A DNA stretch of 62,705 bases from Candidatus Woesearchaeota archaeon. GTDB taxonomy: Archaea; Nanobdellota; Nanobdellia; Woesearchaeales; JACQSR01. Position 1 is the first letter of the stretch. Each line of letters begins with the position of its first letter. A model generated the notes under the pieces. The model was not told where the DNA came from. It worked only from the letters and a program-made list of their open reading frames with translations, and did not search any database. Location of the stretch: assembly GCA_016211215.1 (NCBI GenBank), contig JACQSR010000026.1:1-62705 (forward strand), given 5' to 3'. A program made the translations under genes and the position numbers. Of the stretch, positions 47,681-56,924 are shown piece by piece.

Positions 47681-48645
47681 AGGTACTTCCCAAGGTTGTT
47701 CCTTATCCTGCCCGGGATGTCGGAGTTGTCCGCAGCAAACTGCTTTCCTGTAATTTTCTCGTATGCAATAATATACCTTTTTGCTGCCTCTATCTTCACA
47801 TCGTTGGGTATCTCAGGTATATCTCCTTCCCCAAGAAAGCCCTTGTCCGCAAGGTACCTTCTGACATACTCTTTGTCAAGCGGCCTTTGCTCCTGGCCCC
47901 TGCCGAAAAGCTCTTCATAGCTTGCCTGCATCCAGAATCTTGATGAATCGGGCGTATGCATTTCGTCTATCACCAGGATTTTTCCGTCGGCATTTCCAAA
48001 CTCGTATTTTGTGTCAACAAGTATCAGCCCGTTCTTTGCAGCCTCTTTTTGCCCGAACTCAAAAAGCTTAAGCGCTTTCTCCTCAATCTCCCCGTATTCG
48101 TGCTTTTCGACCAGCCCCCCGGATATGATCTCCCCCCTCGATATCAGCATGTCATGGCCGCCGTGTTCCGCTTTTGTTGTTGGAGTTATTATTGGGTGCT
48201 CAAGCTTCTGGTCCTTCATCAGCCCGTCCGGAATCTTTATCCCGCAGAACGTTCTGGAGCCCCTGCTGTAATTGTACCACAATGATGTTGTTGTTACACC
48301 GGTAATGTAGCCCCTGACCACCATCTCCACAGGGTAAGGCTTGCATTCATTCACAACCATGACATTTGGGTCCGGAACCTCAATAACGTGGTTTGGCACA
48401 ATCCTTTTTGTCTTTTCAAACCAGAAAGCGGATATCTGGTTAAGCACCTGCCCCTTGAAAGGTATCGTTGTCAGCACCCTGTCAAACGCAGAAATCCTAT
48501 CCGAAGTTACTATTATCCTTTTCCCGTTCAGCAAAAAATTATCCCTGACTTTGCCCTCGTACTTCTTTCCGACGCCTAACTCAATTGACTCAAGCGTGTT
48601 GTCCAGCTGTTTCCTAATGACGCTTTCTTCTATCATTGTTTTCAT
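47677..48645 (-). CDS. purC: SAICAR synthetase (long type)
   Basis: GKVRD, SDRISAFD, VVRGY, DTKYEFG, DEMHTPDSSRFW, LDKE. Confidence 0.95.
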   Translation of the reverse strand: MKTMIEESVIRKQLDNTLESIELGVGKKYEGKVRDNFLLNGKRIIVTSDRISAFDRVLTTIPFKGQVLNQISAFWFEKTKRIVPNHVIEVPDPNVMVVNECKPYPVEMVVRGYITGVTTTSLWYNYSRGSRTFCGIKIPDGLMKDQKLEHPIITPTTKAEHGGHDMLISRGEIISGGLVEKHEYGEIEEKALKLFEFGQKEAAKNGLILVDTKYEFGNADGKILVIDEMHTPDSSRFWMQASYEELFGRGQEQRPLDKEYVRRYLADKGFLGEGDIPEIPNDVKIEAAKRYIIAYEKITGKQFAADNSDIPGRIRNNLGKYL

Positions 48646-49399
48646 TTCTCGCTGTCTCGTCAGCCTTCCTGACCTTATCCGCCTTCTTCCCGCGGTATTC
48701 CATGAGAGAAGAGGTATATTCCCCTTTGATGTTCAGGATATTTATGCTTGCAATAGCCGCATTTTCCGCATTGTTAGCCCCAACCCAAAGTCCATGATGG
48801 GAATGCCTCAGTATGCTTAGGGCAGCTTCCGCAGCATCCCCTTCAACCAGCACAGGGCAATAAATCACGAGCCCCTCATACGGCTTAACATCCTCATCAA
48901 GCGGCACAAAGTGGATGTTGACACAATTTGCGTCTGGAAAATCTGATTTCTTTGCCTTCACCTTGAAGTCCCTCAATACTGAAATTGCCTTTTCCGCGTG
49001 TTTGTCCCCTATAACATTAACACCCTCGTAAACTTTCAGCATCTTTAGGGCATTTTGTGCGGCAATCCTGCCCCGGTTTACTCCAACGCCCAGTACAGGA
49101 ATTCCCGGAGGCATCTGGACTATTGACAGCAAAGCATCCAGCCCTTCGTAGTTTTGCTTGCACGGAACCCCTATTACCGGCTTGATGGTTTTTGATGCAA
49201 CAACTCCCGGAAGATGCGCGGCAAGCCCTGCTCCTGCAATTATGATGCTGTAATCTTCAAACTTGATGCTGTCAAGCTCATCCGGGGTTTTATGCGCGGA
49301 AATAATCCTCAGCTCATAACCCTTTCCAAGTTCCTTGCAGACTTCCCCGTAAACATCCCTGTCCGAATCCGACCCAAAAACAACCAGTATAGTCATCAT
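48614..49399 (-). CDS. purE: PurE with a second, degenerate PurE-like domain
   Basis: GSDSD, SAHKTP, AGLAAHLPG, PVIGVP, QMPPG; the second half ends in a PurE-like VGANNAENAAIAS...YR. Confidence 0.88.
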   Translation of the reverse strand: MMTILVVFGSDSDRDVYGEVCKELGKGYELRIISAHKTPDELDSIKFEDYSIIIAGAGLAAHLPGVVASKTIKPVIGVPCKQNYEGLDALLSIVQMPPGIPVLGVGVNRGRIAAQNALKMLKVYEGVNVIGDKHAEKAISVLRDFKVKAKKSDFPDANCVNIHFVPLDEDVKPYEGLVIYCPVLVEGDAAEAALSILRHSHHGLWVGANNAENAAIASINILNIKGEYTSSLMEYRGKKADKVRKADETARNENNDRRKRH

Positions 49400-49407
49400 T
49401 TGCCTCC

Positions 49408-49839
49408 TCAGAGTATTTTATAGTCCTGATAGTGGCGGTTGCATAAGAGCTGCTCTGCCGCACCTTTTGCCGTTTCCCTGTCACACTCCATCGTCCACAA
49501 AACACCCCTTCTTATCTTTTTAATCTCCCTCATACCAAGCCTTTGCGTAAGCACATGCAAAAGGCCTTCGCATTCATCATCGGAATCCTTCACCAATACA
49601 GAAGTTCCTTTGGGCTTTCCTGAAAGCCCTATCTGGGCTGTGTTCTTGTTGGAGTTTACAATAACATCCACTTTAACAATCTTTCCTGCAAACTCCTTTT
49701 CATTCCCCCCTATGTCAAAAAGGTAGTAATCTGCCCTGTGAACCTTTCCTGCATCAATGCCCATCCTCTCGAGCACCCTCTGCGCAGTAATTGCCGTCGT
49801 GTCTGGCACTTTCAGCATCACCAAAAGCTCGACATTCAT
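49408..49839 (-). CDS. purS: PurS, double length (tandem fusion)
   Basis: 143 aa with two PurS-like units (LKVPD...IVNSN and VKD...LCNRHYQDY); lies directly after purQ. Confidence 0.75.
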   Translation of the reverse strand: MNVELLVMLKVPDTTAITAQRVLERMGIDAGKVHRADYYLFDIGGNEKEFAGKIVKVDVIVNSNKNTAQIGLSGKPKGTSVLVKDSDDECEGLLHVLTQRLGMREIKKIRRGVLWTMECDRETAKGAAEQLLCNRHYQDYKIL

Positions 49840-50579
49840 TTTCTCTCCTCAATGTACTTTTTCATGCTTCTGAAAAAATTAAGCCCAAGAGCCTTAAATC
49901 CATACGCCTTTGTCTGGATGTCAAATGATGCGCGCTCCGGATGGGGCATTATTGCAAGCACGTTTCCCTGCCTGTTTGTCAATCCTGCAATGCCCAGCAT
50001 GGAGCCGTTTGGGTTTGTTGGATAGCTATGCTCAACCTTTCCATTTTCATCGCAGTACTGGAATGCAATCAGGCTTCTGATTTCATCTGCATTCCCTTTT
50101 GTTGTAAACCTTCCTTCGCCATGTGCTATTGGAACATTAATCACATCCCCTTCATTGAACAGCATGTTGAAAGCATTCCTGTTCTTCATGTTCGGCTTAA
50201 TCCTCACCCATGTGCAGTAATACCCCTTGAATTCAGGATTCATGTTTGGCGCCAATGCCATTTGCGGTTCGTTGCTGAATCCCGGAACCAGCCCGGATTC
50301 AATCAGGACCTGCGCCCCGTTGCATATCCCCAGGACGAGCTTTCCGGAATGCGATTCTTCTTTTATCCTGTCCATCATGGGGTCTTTTGCAGATATAACC
50401 CCTGCCCTAATCCTGTCCTCGTATGAAAATCCGCCGGGAATTACAAAGCAGTCATAATCAGCCAAGTTTTTCTTGGTGTTCCATCTCAGCAGCTCTGCCT
50501 TTAATCCGGCTGCATCTAATGCCCTGATGGTTTCGTTCTCGCAATTCATGCCCGGGAAAAGTATTACTGCAGACTTCAT
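49836..50579 (-). CDS. purQ: FGAM synthase glutaminase subunit
   Basis: FPGMNC, PGGFSYED, GICNGAQ, HGEG, MPHPER. Confidence 0.95.
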   Translation of the reverse strand: MKSAVILFPGMNCENETIRALDAAGLKAELLRWNTKKNLADYDCFVIPGGFSYEDRIRAGVISAKDPMMDRIKEESHSGKLVLGICNGAQVLIESGLVPGFSNEPQMALAPNMNPEFKGYYCTWVRIKPNMKNRNAFNMLFNEGDVINVPIAHGEGRFTTKGNADEIRSLIAFQYCDENGKVEHSYPTNPNGSMLGIAGLTNRQGNVLAIMPHPERASFDIQTKAYGFKALGLNFFRSMKKYIEERK

Positions 50580-52894
50580 TCAAGCGCCTCCTTAAGCCCC
50601 GAAGTCCATGCTTTTCTCATCTCGTCAATTGTAATGCTTATGCCGCCATTTACAACAAGCTCATTGCCCCCGGTCTCTCCGAGTTCATTTACCTTTATTC
50701 CGTATTTCTCAAAGGCAGCCTTTACTTTCCCAACATTACTTTTCTCAGCCTCGAACACGAACCCCGAAGATTCCGAAAAAATTGCCTTGTCCGTCCTAAT
50801 GCCCGTGCTTAGCGCAATCCTTGCCCCAATCTTCCCGTCCGCATCACCGCCGAGAATCATCTCGCTTACAGCTGTTATAATGCCTCCATCCGAGATGTCG
50901 TGGCACGATAGCAGAAGCCCTTCAGATATGCAGTCTATTACCCCATAAATCATTCCCTTTTCCTTCTCAAAATCCACCATGGGGACATTTTTTCCCAGCT
51001 CTTTATGGATGTCATAATAGACGCTTCCGCCAAGCTCATCCTTCCTTTCCCCCACATAGCATAAACTGCTTCCGTTCTTTTTTATTTTCATTGTTATTGC
51101 CTTGTTGCAGTCGTCGATTATGCCAACACAGGCTATTATTGCCGATCCATCCACAGCCTTTCCGCTTTTTGATTCGTTGTAGAAGCTCACGTTGCCAGAA
51201 ACAACCGGCACGGCCTCTTTGGTTTTCTTGTGCTTTATGTTCTTTGCCGCATCCGCAACGCCCCTCACACCCTCATAAAAATCCGCAAACGCCTCTTCAT
51301 TCTCGGGATTTCCGTAATTAAGGCAATCAGTGAGGCCGGATGGCACAGCCCCTATGGCAGCAACATTCCTCATGCTTTCCGCAACTGCATTTGCAGCGCC
51401 CCAATAGGGGTCTATTCTCGAGTACTTTGGATTGCAGTCTGTAGCCAATGCTACACCCACATTAACGCCGTCAAGGGGGGCAATCAAACCGGCATCCGCC
51501 AATCCCGGTTTTATTACCGTGCTTCCAATCACCGAAGTGTCATAATGGCTGTAAACTTTCGTTCTCGAGGCAACGTTAGGATGTGAAAGGACATTAAGTA
51601 TCATGCTCCTGTAATCCTCTGTTTCAGGGATGCTTGGCTCTGAAAGACTGCGTTTTCGCGGGGATTTCTTTCTGTCATATCTTATGCCCCCAGTAACCAC
51701 ATTTATGGGGACATTGCATACAACTTCCCCTTTATGTTTTACCAGAAAATTCTTTTCCGATGTTACCTTTCCAATAACGCTTGCCCTGGCACCCTCGGCA
51801 ATCTTTGGCAATTCAAACTCCTCATTGTATATCCTAAGAATTGTGCTTGTGAATGAAGGTGGCGATATCCACGTGAATCTCTCCTGGGTTTCTGAGCATG
51901 CTATTATGAACGGCGGCAGGTTCATGGATGTATGGACTTTGTCCAAGTCCAGCTCAATGCCCATGCCTGCATCACTGCCCATCTCTGACGAAGAGCACAT
52001 AATTCCCCCTGCGCCCATGTCCTTGAAGCCAAGCGTAATTCCCTTTTTCCTTGCCTCCTCAAAAACAGCATATGTCGCCCTTATTATGATGTTTTTTAGG
52101 AACGGGTCCGGAACCTGCACTGCACCCTTGTTGCTCTCCCTGTCTTCCTCATCAAGCACCAGCGAAGCAAATGCAGCACCCCCAAACCCTGAATTGTCTG
52201 TCGCCTTTCCAACAATTACGACATCATACCCTTCAGAATTCTTTGGAGCCCTGCTGTGTATTATGTCGCTTTCCTTTATGATTCCAAGGCATACCACATT
52301 TACAAGGCAATTCTCGTCAAAAGAGTCATTGAAATAAATATCGCCTGCAATTACCGGAATGCCAACTGGGTTCCCATACCCCGCAATCCCGTCAACAACC
52401 GCATTGCCAATGTACCTTACATAATTCCTGTTCTTTCCGTGAGGGTCGCCAAAGCGCAATGCATCTCCGGTTGCAATAATCCTCGCCCCCATGCACAATA
52501 CATCCCTTAGTATGCCTCCAACACCCGTTGCAGCCCCCTCATACGGCACAACCTGCGATGGGTGATTGTGGCTTTCATGGGCAAAAACAATTCCGTATTT
52601 GTCTTTTCCGTCGTCAAAAAAATGAAGTATCCCCGCATCCTCTTCAGGCCCCTGCATTACGTTCGGCGCTGAAGTGGGAAGCATCTTGAGAATGTGCCTG
52701 CTGCTTTTGTAGCTGCAGTGCTCCGACCACTGTATGTTGAATATGTTCAGCTCTGTCAGCGTTGGATTCCTTCCTATAAGCTCAACCACGCGCCTTGCCT
52801 CTTCAACTGCAAGGCTTATTCCGTTTTTCCTTAGAAAATCCTTTAGCTCGCTGTCAGAAAGTCCTCTTATTTCCGCCAATTCATCATCCCCCAT
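50576..52894 (-). CDS. purL: FGAM synthase synthetase subunit
   Basis: WSEHCSYKSS, ESHNHPS, GAATGVGG, DMGAGG, SETQER, LNYGNP, HDISDGG. Confidence 0.96.
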   Translation of the reverse strand: MGDDELAEIRGLSDSELKDFLRKNGISLAVEEARRVVELIGRNPTLTELNIFNIQWSEHCSYKSSRHILKMLPTSAPNVMQGPEEDAGILHFFDDGKDKYGIVFAHESHNHPSQVVPYEGAATGVGGILRDVLCMGARIIATGDALRFGDPHGKNRNYVRYIGNAVVDGIAGYGNPVGIPVIAGDIYFNDSFDENCLVNVVCLGIIKESDIIHSRAPKNSEGYDVVIVGKATDNSGFGGAAFASLVLDEEDRESNKGAVQVPDPFLKNIIIRATYAVFEEARKKGITLGFKDMGAGGIMCSSSEMGSDAGMGIELDLDKVHTSMNLPPFIIACSETQERFTWISPPSFTSTILRIYNEEFELPKIAEGARASVIGKVTSEKNFLVKHKGEVVCNVPINVVTGGIRYDRKKSPRKRSLSEPSIPETEDYRSMILNVLSHPNVASRTKVYSHYDTSVIGSTVIKPGLADAGLIAPLDGVNVGVALATDCNPKYSRIDPYWGAANAVAESMRNVAAIGAVPSGLTDCLNYGNPENEEAFADFYEGVRGVADAAKNIKHKKTKEAVPVVSGNVSFYNESKSGKAVDGSAIIACVGIIDDCNKAITMKIKKNGSSLCYVGERKDELGGSVYYDIHKELGKNVPMVDFEKEKGMIYGVIDCISEGLLLSCHDISDGGIITAVSEMILGGDADGKIGARIALSTGIRTDKAIFSESSGFVFEAEKSNVGKVKAAFEKYGIKVNELGETGGNELVVNGGISITIDEMRKAWTSGLKEALE

Positions 52895-52945
52895 CTTGCT
52901 ACGGAAAAGCGCCTGCCAGTCTTTAAAAACTTTTTGATGCCCCGC

Positions 52946-53581
52946 TCAATATTTCCTTCTCAGATTGCTGTAGCTCCCCATCCATCTTGAGTTGTCTTGG
53001 GAGTTAAAATCCTGGCCAAAATCCTCCAAACTTTTTTCAGCAGATTTTTCATGCTCGAATATGCTCGGGTCCGGTATTAATCGGTCAACCAGCTCGACAG
53101 AATAGTAGAAAAGCGGGAAGAATATTATTATTGCCAGGAAGAACTGCCAGGACACGCTTATAACGCCATAGAAGAGCGGCGATAGCACAAGAATAAAATA
53201 TGTCACAACCCTTATTCTTCCCAGCACCTTGGTTATGCCTTTCGCCCTTGCTCCTGCTACAATTATGTAAACCCCGTAAAAAACAAAAAGTGCCGACATT
53301 GCAAGCTTGGACACCACCAGGGCATAGCTGATTTTGCCGGATATGGAGTTTACAGTTATCCTGCCCCAGTCGACGCCAACCCACAGCAGCATCACCCCGT
53401 TGCTAATAGCATTGCCAAGCGATGTGCCCTTTTTTTCCTGGTAGAACTCCACAAAAAACCAGCTGAACATCACCGGCAAAATTACCCAAAGCATCCTGGG
53501 ATTTGTGTAAGGGGCTGCAAAAAGCATCAGCCAGTCCTTGAACAGCACCCATACAAACACCAGTGCTTCATACACAGCCAT
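52946..53581 (-). CDS. Hypothetical multi-pass membrane protein
   Basis: Five to six hydrophobic helices; EFYQEKKGTSLGNAISN. Confidence 0.7.
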   Translation of the reverse strand: MAVYEALVFVWVLFKDWLMLFAAPYTNPRMLWVILPVMFSWFFVEFYQEKKGTSLGNAISNGVMLLWVGVDWGRITVNSISGKISYALVVSKLAMSALFVFYGVYIIVAGARAKGITKVLGRIRVVTYFILVLSPLFYGVISVSWQFFLAIIIFFPLFYYSVELVDRLIPDPSIFEHEKSAEKSLEDFGQDFNSQDNSRWMGSYSNLRRKY

Positions 53582-53635
53582 GCCGGCAAAGCTTATTTCC
53601 CCCTTTATAAGACTTTAATACCACTATGTCGTGAA

Positions 53636-54817
53636 TTAAAGCAGGCTTCCGACAAGGTAGAAAGAGCCTGTGACAAGTATCAGTGAATCTTTGCCGGCAA
53701 TCTTCTTTGCTGCATCAAACGCAGCTAAAGGCTCATTCTCAACCCTATGCCTGATTCTGCTTCCAATGTAATCCGAAACAATCTTCGGTTCAAGCGCCCT
53801 TTGGTTTTGGGGGGTTGTAAGGACAAGATAATCAGCGCATTCCACAAGTTTGTCAGCCATGCTTTTCCAGTCTTTGTCGTTCAGCACACCAAAAACTGCA
53901 ACTATGTGCCTTTTTTCGTTCTTTTTCAGGTAATCAACAAGGCATGAAACTCCGGAAGGATTGTGGGCAACATCAAACAGCACATTTCCCCGATAGTATA
54001 GCCTGCCTTTAAGGATAACATTCATCAATGCATCTTTAATATCCCTTTCCGAAAAAATTAATCCTGTTGCCTTAACAGCCTCAACTGCGATGCCTGCGTT
54101 AATCTCCTGGTAATCCCCAAGCAGATTTGTCCTGTAGTTTTTGTCTGCCACTATGACCTTCGAGCCCCGCAACTCTGCAGTCTTTTTTATTATGTCAAGC
54201 ACAATATTGTTCCTCGCGCCAGTTACTACACCGGTATTGGGTTTTATTATCCCGCATTTCTCTGTTGTAATTTCCTCAAGCGTGGTTCCAAGTATATTGG
54301 TATGCTCGTAATCCACCATGGTTATTACAGAAACTATCGGCATTGAAACGTTTGTAGCATCCAATCGGCCGCCTAATCCGACCTCCATTACCGCATAATC
54401 AACGTTCTTCTCCGAAAAAAGAAGGAAAGCCATGCATGTTATAATCTCGAAAAAAGTCTGGTCTGTAATATGGGGCCTGACCTTGTTGAAAACCTCAAGA
54501 ATTTCATCGTTGCTTGCCTCTTTTTGGTTTATCGCAAATCTCTCATTGAATGAAACTAAATGGGGTGAAGTGAACATCCCTACGCTGTACTTCCTGCCCA
54601 TGATGGAGGAAATCATTGCGCACACGCTTCCCTTCCCGTTGGTCCCTGTGACGTGAATTACCTTCAGCTTCAAATGGGGGTTTCCGATTTTTTCAAGAAG
54701 CTTCTCAGTCCTTTCCAGTCCAAAATTCCACTTCTTTTCCGCATCAATGTTGTACAGGTAGCCGAGCATCCCTTCGTAATCCATGCCCTCATGGGTTGCA
54801 TCAGAATTAATAAACAT
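53636..54817 (-). CDS. folC: Folylpolyglutamate synthase/dihydrofolate synthase
   Basis: HVTGTNGKGS, FTSPHL, EVGLGGRLDATN, DVAHNP; ATG 54784 is an alternative start. Confidence 0.95.
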   Translation of the reverse strand: MFINSDATHEGMDYEGMLGYLYNIDAEKKWNFGLERTEKLLEKIGNPHLKLKVIHVTGTNGKGSVCAMISSIMGRKYSVGMFTSPHLVSFNERFAINQKEASNDEILEVFNKVRPHITDQTFFEIITCMAFLLFSEKNVDYAVMEVGLGGRLDATNVSMPIVSVITMVDYEHTNILGTTLEEITTEKCGIIKPNTGVVTGARNNIVLDIIKKTAELRGSKVIVADKNYRTNLLGDYQEINAGIAVEAVKATGLIFSERDIKDALMNVILKGRLYYRGNVLFDVAHNPSGVSCLVDYLKKNEKRHIVAVFGVLNDKDWKSMADKLVECADYLVLTTPQNQRALEPKIVSDYIGSRIRHRVENEPLAAFDAAKKIAGKDSLILVTGSFYLVGSLL

Positions 54818-55499
54818 TCAGTATTTTATCCACTTCACCTTGCTCCAAGTCCCTGAACTGCCCAGGCTTTACCCCGCTTAGGGTTACTGGCCCTATTGCA
54901 ACCCTTACCAGGGAATTAACCGTGTACCTGAGGGAGTTCAATATGGCTTTCATGGTTTCCTTGCTTTCATGCGTAGTTATCTCCACATTCTTGCCAGAAA
55001 CCCGGACATTTGCAGGGTAGCTCTTTTTCCCATTCACAAATACACCGTTGCGTATCCTCTCGGCGTGCGTATTTGACAGCCTCTTGTCGAGCTTAAGCCG
55101 GTATGTTTTCTTAATCTCGTACCTTGGGTGCATTATCCTGTTGGCAAAATCACCATCGTTTGTCAGAAGTATCATGCCCTCTTCCCTTTGCTCGAGTTTT
55201 CCAACCGGAATAAGCCTCTCCCTAACCCCCTTTTGCCTGAGCACATCAATCACGGTGCCCCTTCCTTGCGTATCCCTAATCTCGGAAAGGAGGCCCTGCT
55301 GCTTGTTGAAAAGTATGTACCTTTTCCGTTCAAGGGCAATTCTGTCCCTGCCAACTTCTATCCTGTCCGTAATCTCCGCCTTATCTCCCAGCTTTATGAC
55401 AATTCCATTTACCTTTACCTTTTTGGCCCTGATCAATTCTTCAGCGTCGCGCCTTGAACAGAACCCCGAATTTGCAATTATCTTCTGCACCCGTTCCAT
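54807..55499 (-). CDS. RsuA/RluB-family pseudouridine synthase homologue with S4 domain; catalytic Asp replaced
   Basis: S4 domain (SRRDAEELI), FNK..G, LLTNDG, HPRYEIKKTY; GRLD motif reads GKLE. Confidence 0.85.
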   Translation of the reverse strand: MERVQKIIANSGFCSRRDAEELIRAKKVKVNGIVIKLGDKAEITDRIEVGRDRIALERKRYILFNKQQGLLSEIRDTQGRGTVIDVLRQKGVRERLIPVGKLEQREEGMILLTNDGDFANRIMHPRYEIKKTYRLKLDKRLSNTHAERIRNGVFVNGKKSYPANVRVSGKNVEITTHESKETMKAILNSLRYTVNSLVRVAIGPVTLSGVKPGQFRDLEQGEVDKILNVY

Positions 55500-55588
55500 A
55501 AGATTAAAACACCCTCATCAAAGTTTATATAGATTGCCCATCCACATCCATGAAAAGCTTATTATAGTTATTTCCAGTACGGGTCCTT

Positions 55589-55804
55589 ATGAAACAGACC
55601 TGCCCAAAGTGCGGCTCCAGCAACATAACCTTTTCGGTTTACGACGGCGCACAGATTGTTACCTGCAACGAATGCAGCTATGATGAGTCACAGGACCTTG
55701 AGGTTTACCCTGAAGAAAGGGGCACACAGAGGGAAAAGGCGAGGCAATCTCCATACAAAAGGGGAGGCCACTCGAGGTCAGCCGGAAAAAGAAAAACCCC
55801 CTAA
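55589..55804 (+). CDS. Small Zn-ribbon protein
   Basis: CPKCGS...CNECSY with a basic tail. Confidence 0.65.
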   Translation: MKQTCPKCGSSNITFSVYDGAQIVTCNECSYDESQDLEVYPEERGTQREKARQSPYKRGGHSRSAGKRKTP

Positions 55805-55884
55805 CGAAAAAACCTTAACTGCCTTACTGCAGAACTCATTATTAAACTTTGCCTTTTTTAGGGTGTGAATGTGTATACTGTTGC

Positions 55885-56247
55885 CTATTTGTGTACCTTG
55901 CCGTGCTTCCCGGGTATTTTCTTTCCTATGGCCGAAAAGAGATGCGCAAAAAGGAAAATCATCACTGCCGTAAATGTTACCCTCAGCAACAGGAGCTCCC
56001 TGAAGAACTGGAACATGGCAGAAATGAATGACGTCTTTGAAAGCACGAGCACAAAGGTTGCAAAAATCATCGAAAGGATATAATAAGGATACAATCCTCT
56101 TTTCTTTATGTCTCCCGGAATCCTGAATGCAAGAATGGCCAGTATTGCAAAATTAATCACAAAAACAAGCAAAGAAGAAGTGATAAACGGGAAAAGCACT
56201 ATGATGGCGAAGGCAATCAACGCCGCAATCATGATAAACTCAATCAT
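55885..56247 (-). CDS. Small hypothetical membrane protein
   Basis: Four hydrophobic segments. Confidence 0.6.
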   Translation of the reverse strand: MIEFIMIAALIAFAIIVLFPFITSSLLVFVINFAILAILAFRIPGDIKKRGLYPYYILSMIFATFVLVLSKTSFISAMFQFFRELLLLRVTFTAVMIFLFAHLFSAIGKKIPGKHGKVHK

Positions 56248-56293
56248 GACCGTCCTTTTTTCGGATTCTATTTAAAATTTTCTGAAAAAAATC

Positions 56294-56407
56294 TGCGGAG
56301 TGCAGGATTCGAACCTGCGTAGGCACTAAGCCAACAGGTGTCTTCTTATCATCGCTTTCGCTCAACACACCTAAGCCTGTCCCGTTTGGCCACTCCGGCA
56401 ACTCCGC
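56294..56407 (-). tRNA. tRNA-Leu(TAG) with a 30-nt intron at 37/38
   Basis: Acceptor GCGGAGT/ACTCCGC, anticodon stem ACAGG/CCTGT, variable arm, GGTTCGAATCC; 84 nt after splicing. Confidence 0.92.
56340..56369 (-). other. tRNA-Leu intron containing TTGAGCGAAAGCGA
   Basis: TGTGTTGAGCGAAAGCGATGATAAGAAGAC; relaxed BHB. Confidence 0.8.
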
Positions 56408-56432
56408 ACAGTAATTATCCCACAAGAAGATT

Positions 56433-56594
56433 CTATTTCTTCGCCCAGGAATATGACCTAAGCCTTGCGGACTTCCCATAGCCGCAGGAACTGCACTTCT
56501 TCTTGCTTATGTGGTACGTCCTTTTGCCGCACCTTCGGCAGTGTATCATGTTCTTCTTTCCAGACTTCCTGCCGTGTGAAGGGGTCCCTTTCAT
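56433..56594 (-). CDS. rpl37e: 50S ribosomal protein L37e, not in ORF track
   Basis: Manual translation MKGTPSHGRK...HCRRCG...CSSCGYG..RLRSYSW. Confidence 0.93.
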   Translation of the reverse strand: MKGTPSHGRKSGKKNMIHCRRCGKRTYHISKKKCSSCGYGKSARLRSYSWAKK

Positions 56595-56598
56595 ATTC

Positions 56599-56829
56599 CT
56601 ATTTCTCAGGCGATATGAGTATTATCGTGTCGCCCCTCACGAAAACAACGCCAAGCTTTCTCTTGGTTTCCCCGTTGACAATCTCTTCGGCATTCTCAAG
56701 AACGATGTTTATGTGGATGTCAAACGCTTTAAGCGTGCCTGTTAGCTGCTTCTGGCTTTTCAAATCAACAATAACTCTTTTGTCCCTGGCGCGGTTAAGG
56801 GCGTCCAAAGGCCTAGATGCTTCCGTCAT
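56599..56829 (-). CDS. Sm/Lsm protein (SmAP1)
   Basis: GTLKAFDIHINIVL, FVRGD; conserved position upstream of rpl37e. Confidence 0.93.
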   Translation of the reverse strand: MTEASRPLDALNRARDKRVIVDLKSQKQLTGTLKAFDIHINIVLENAEEIVNGETKRKLGVVFVRGDTIILISPEK

Positions 56830-56924
56830 AATCCCCCTCCAAAATACCAGTTCTTGGTTTTAAGCGTAGTATTTAAATGTTTTTATTCGAAACCTATTTA
56901 AATAAACGGCAAACTCATTATTGC

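Noticed and set aside
56240-56479. 79-aa ORF over tRNA-Leu, and 10301-10648/10591-10800 over tRNA-Glu
   Set aside because: Shadow ORFs of tRNA genes and of the rpl37e or small-ORF frames
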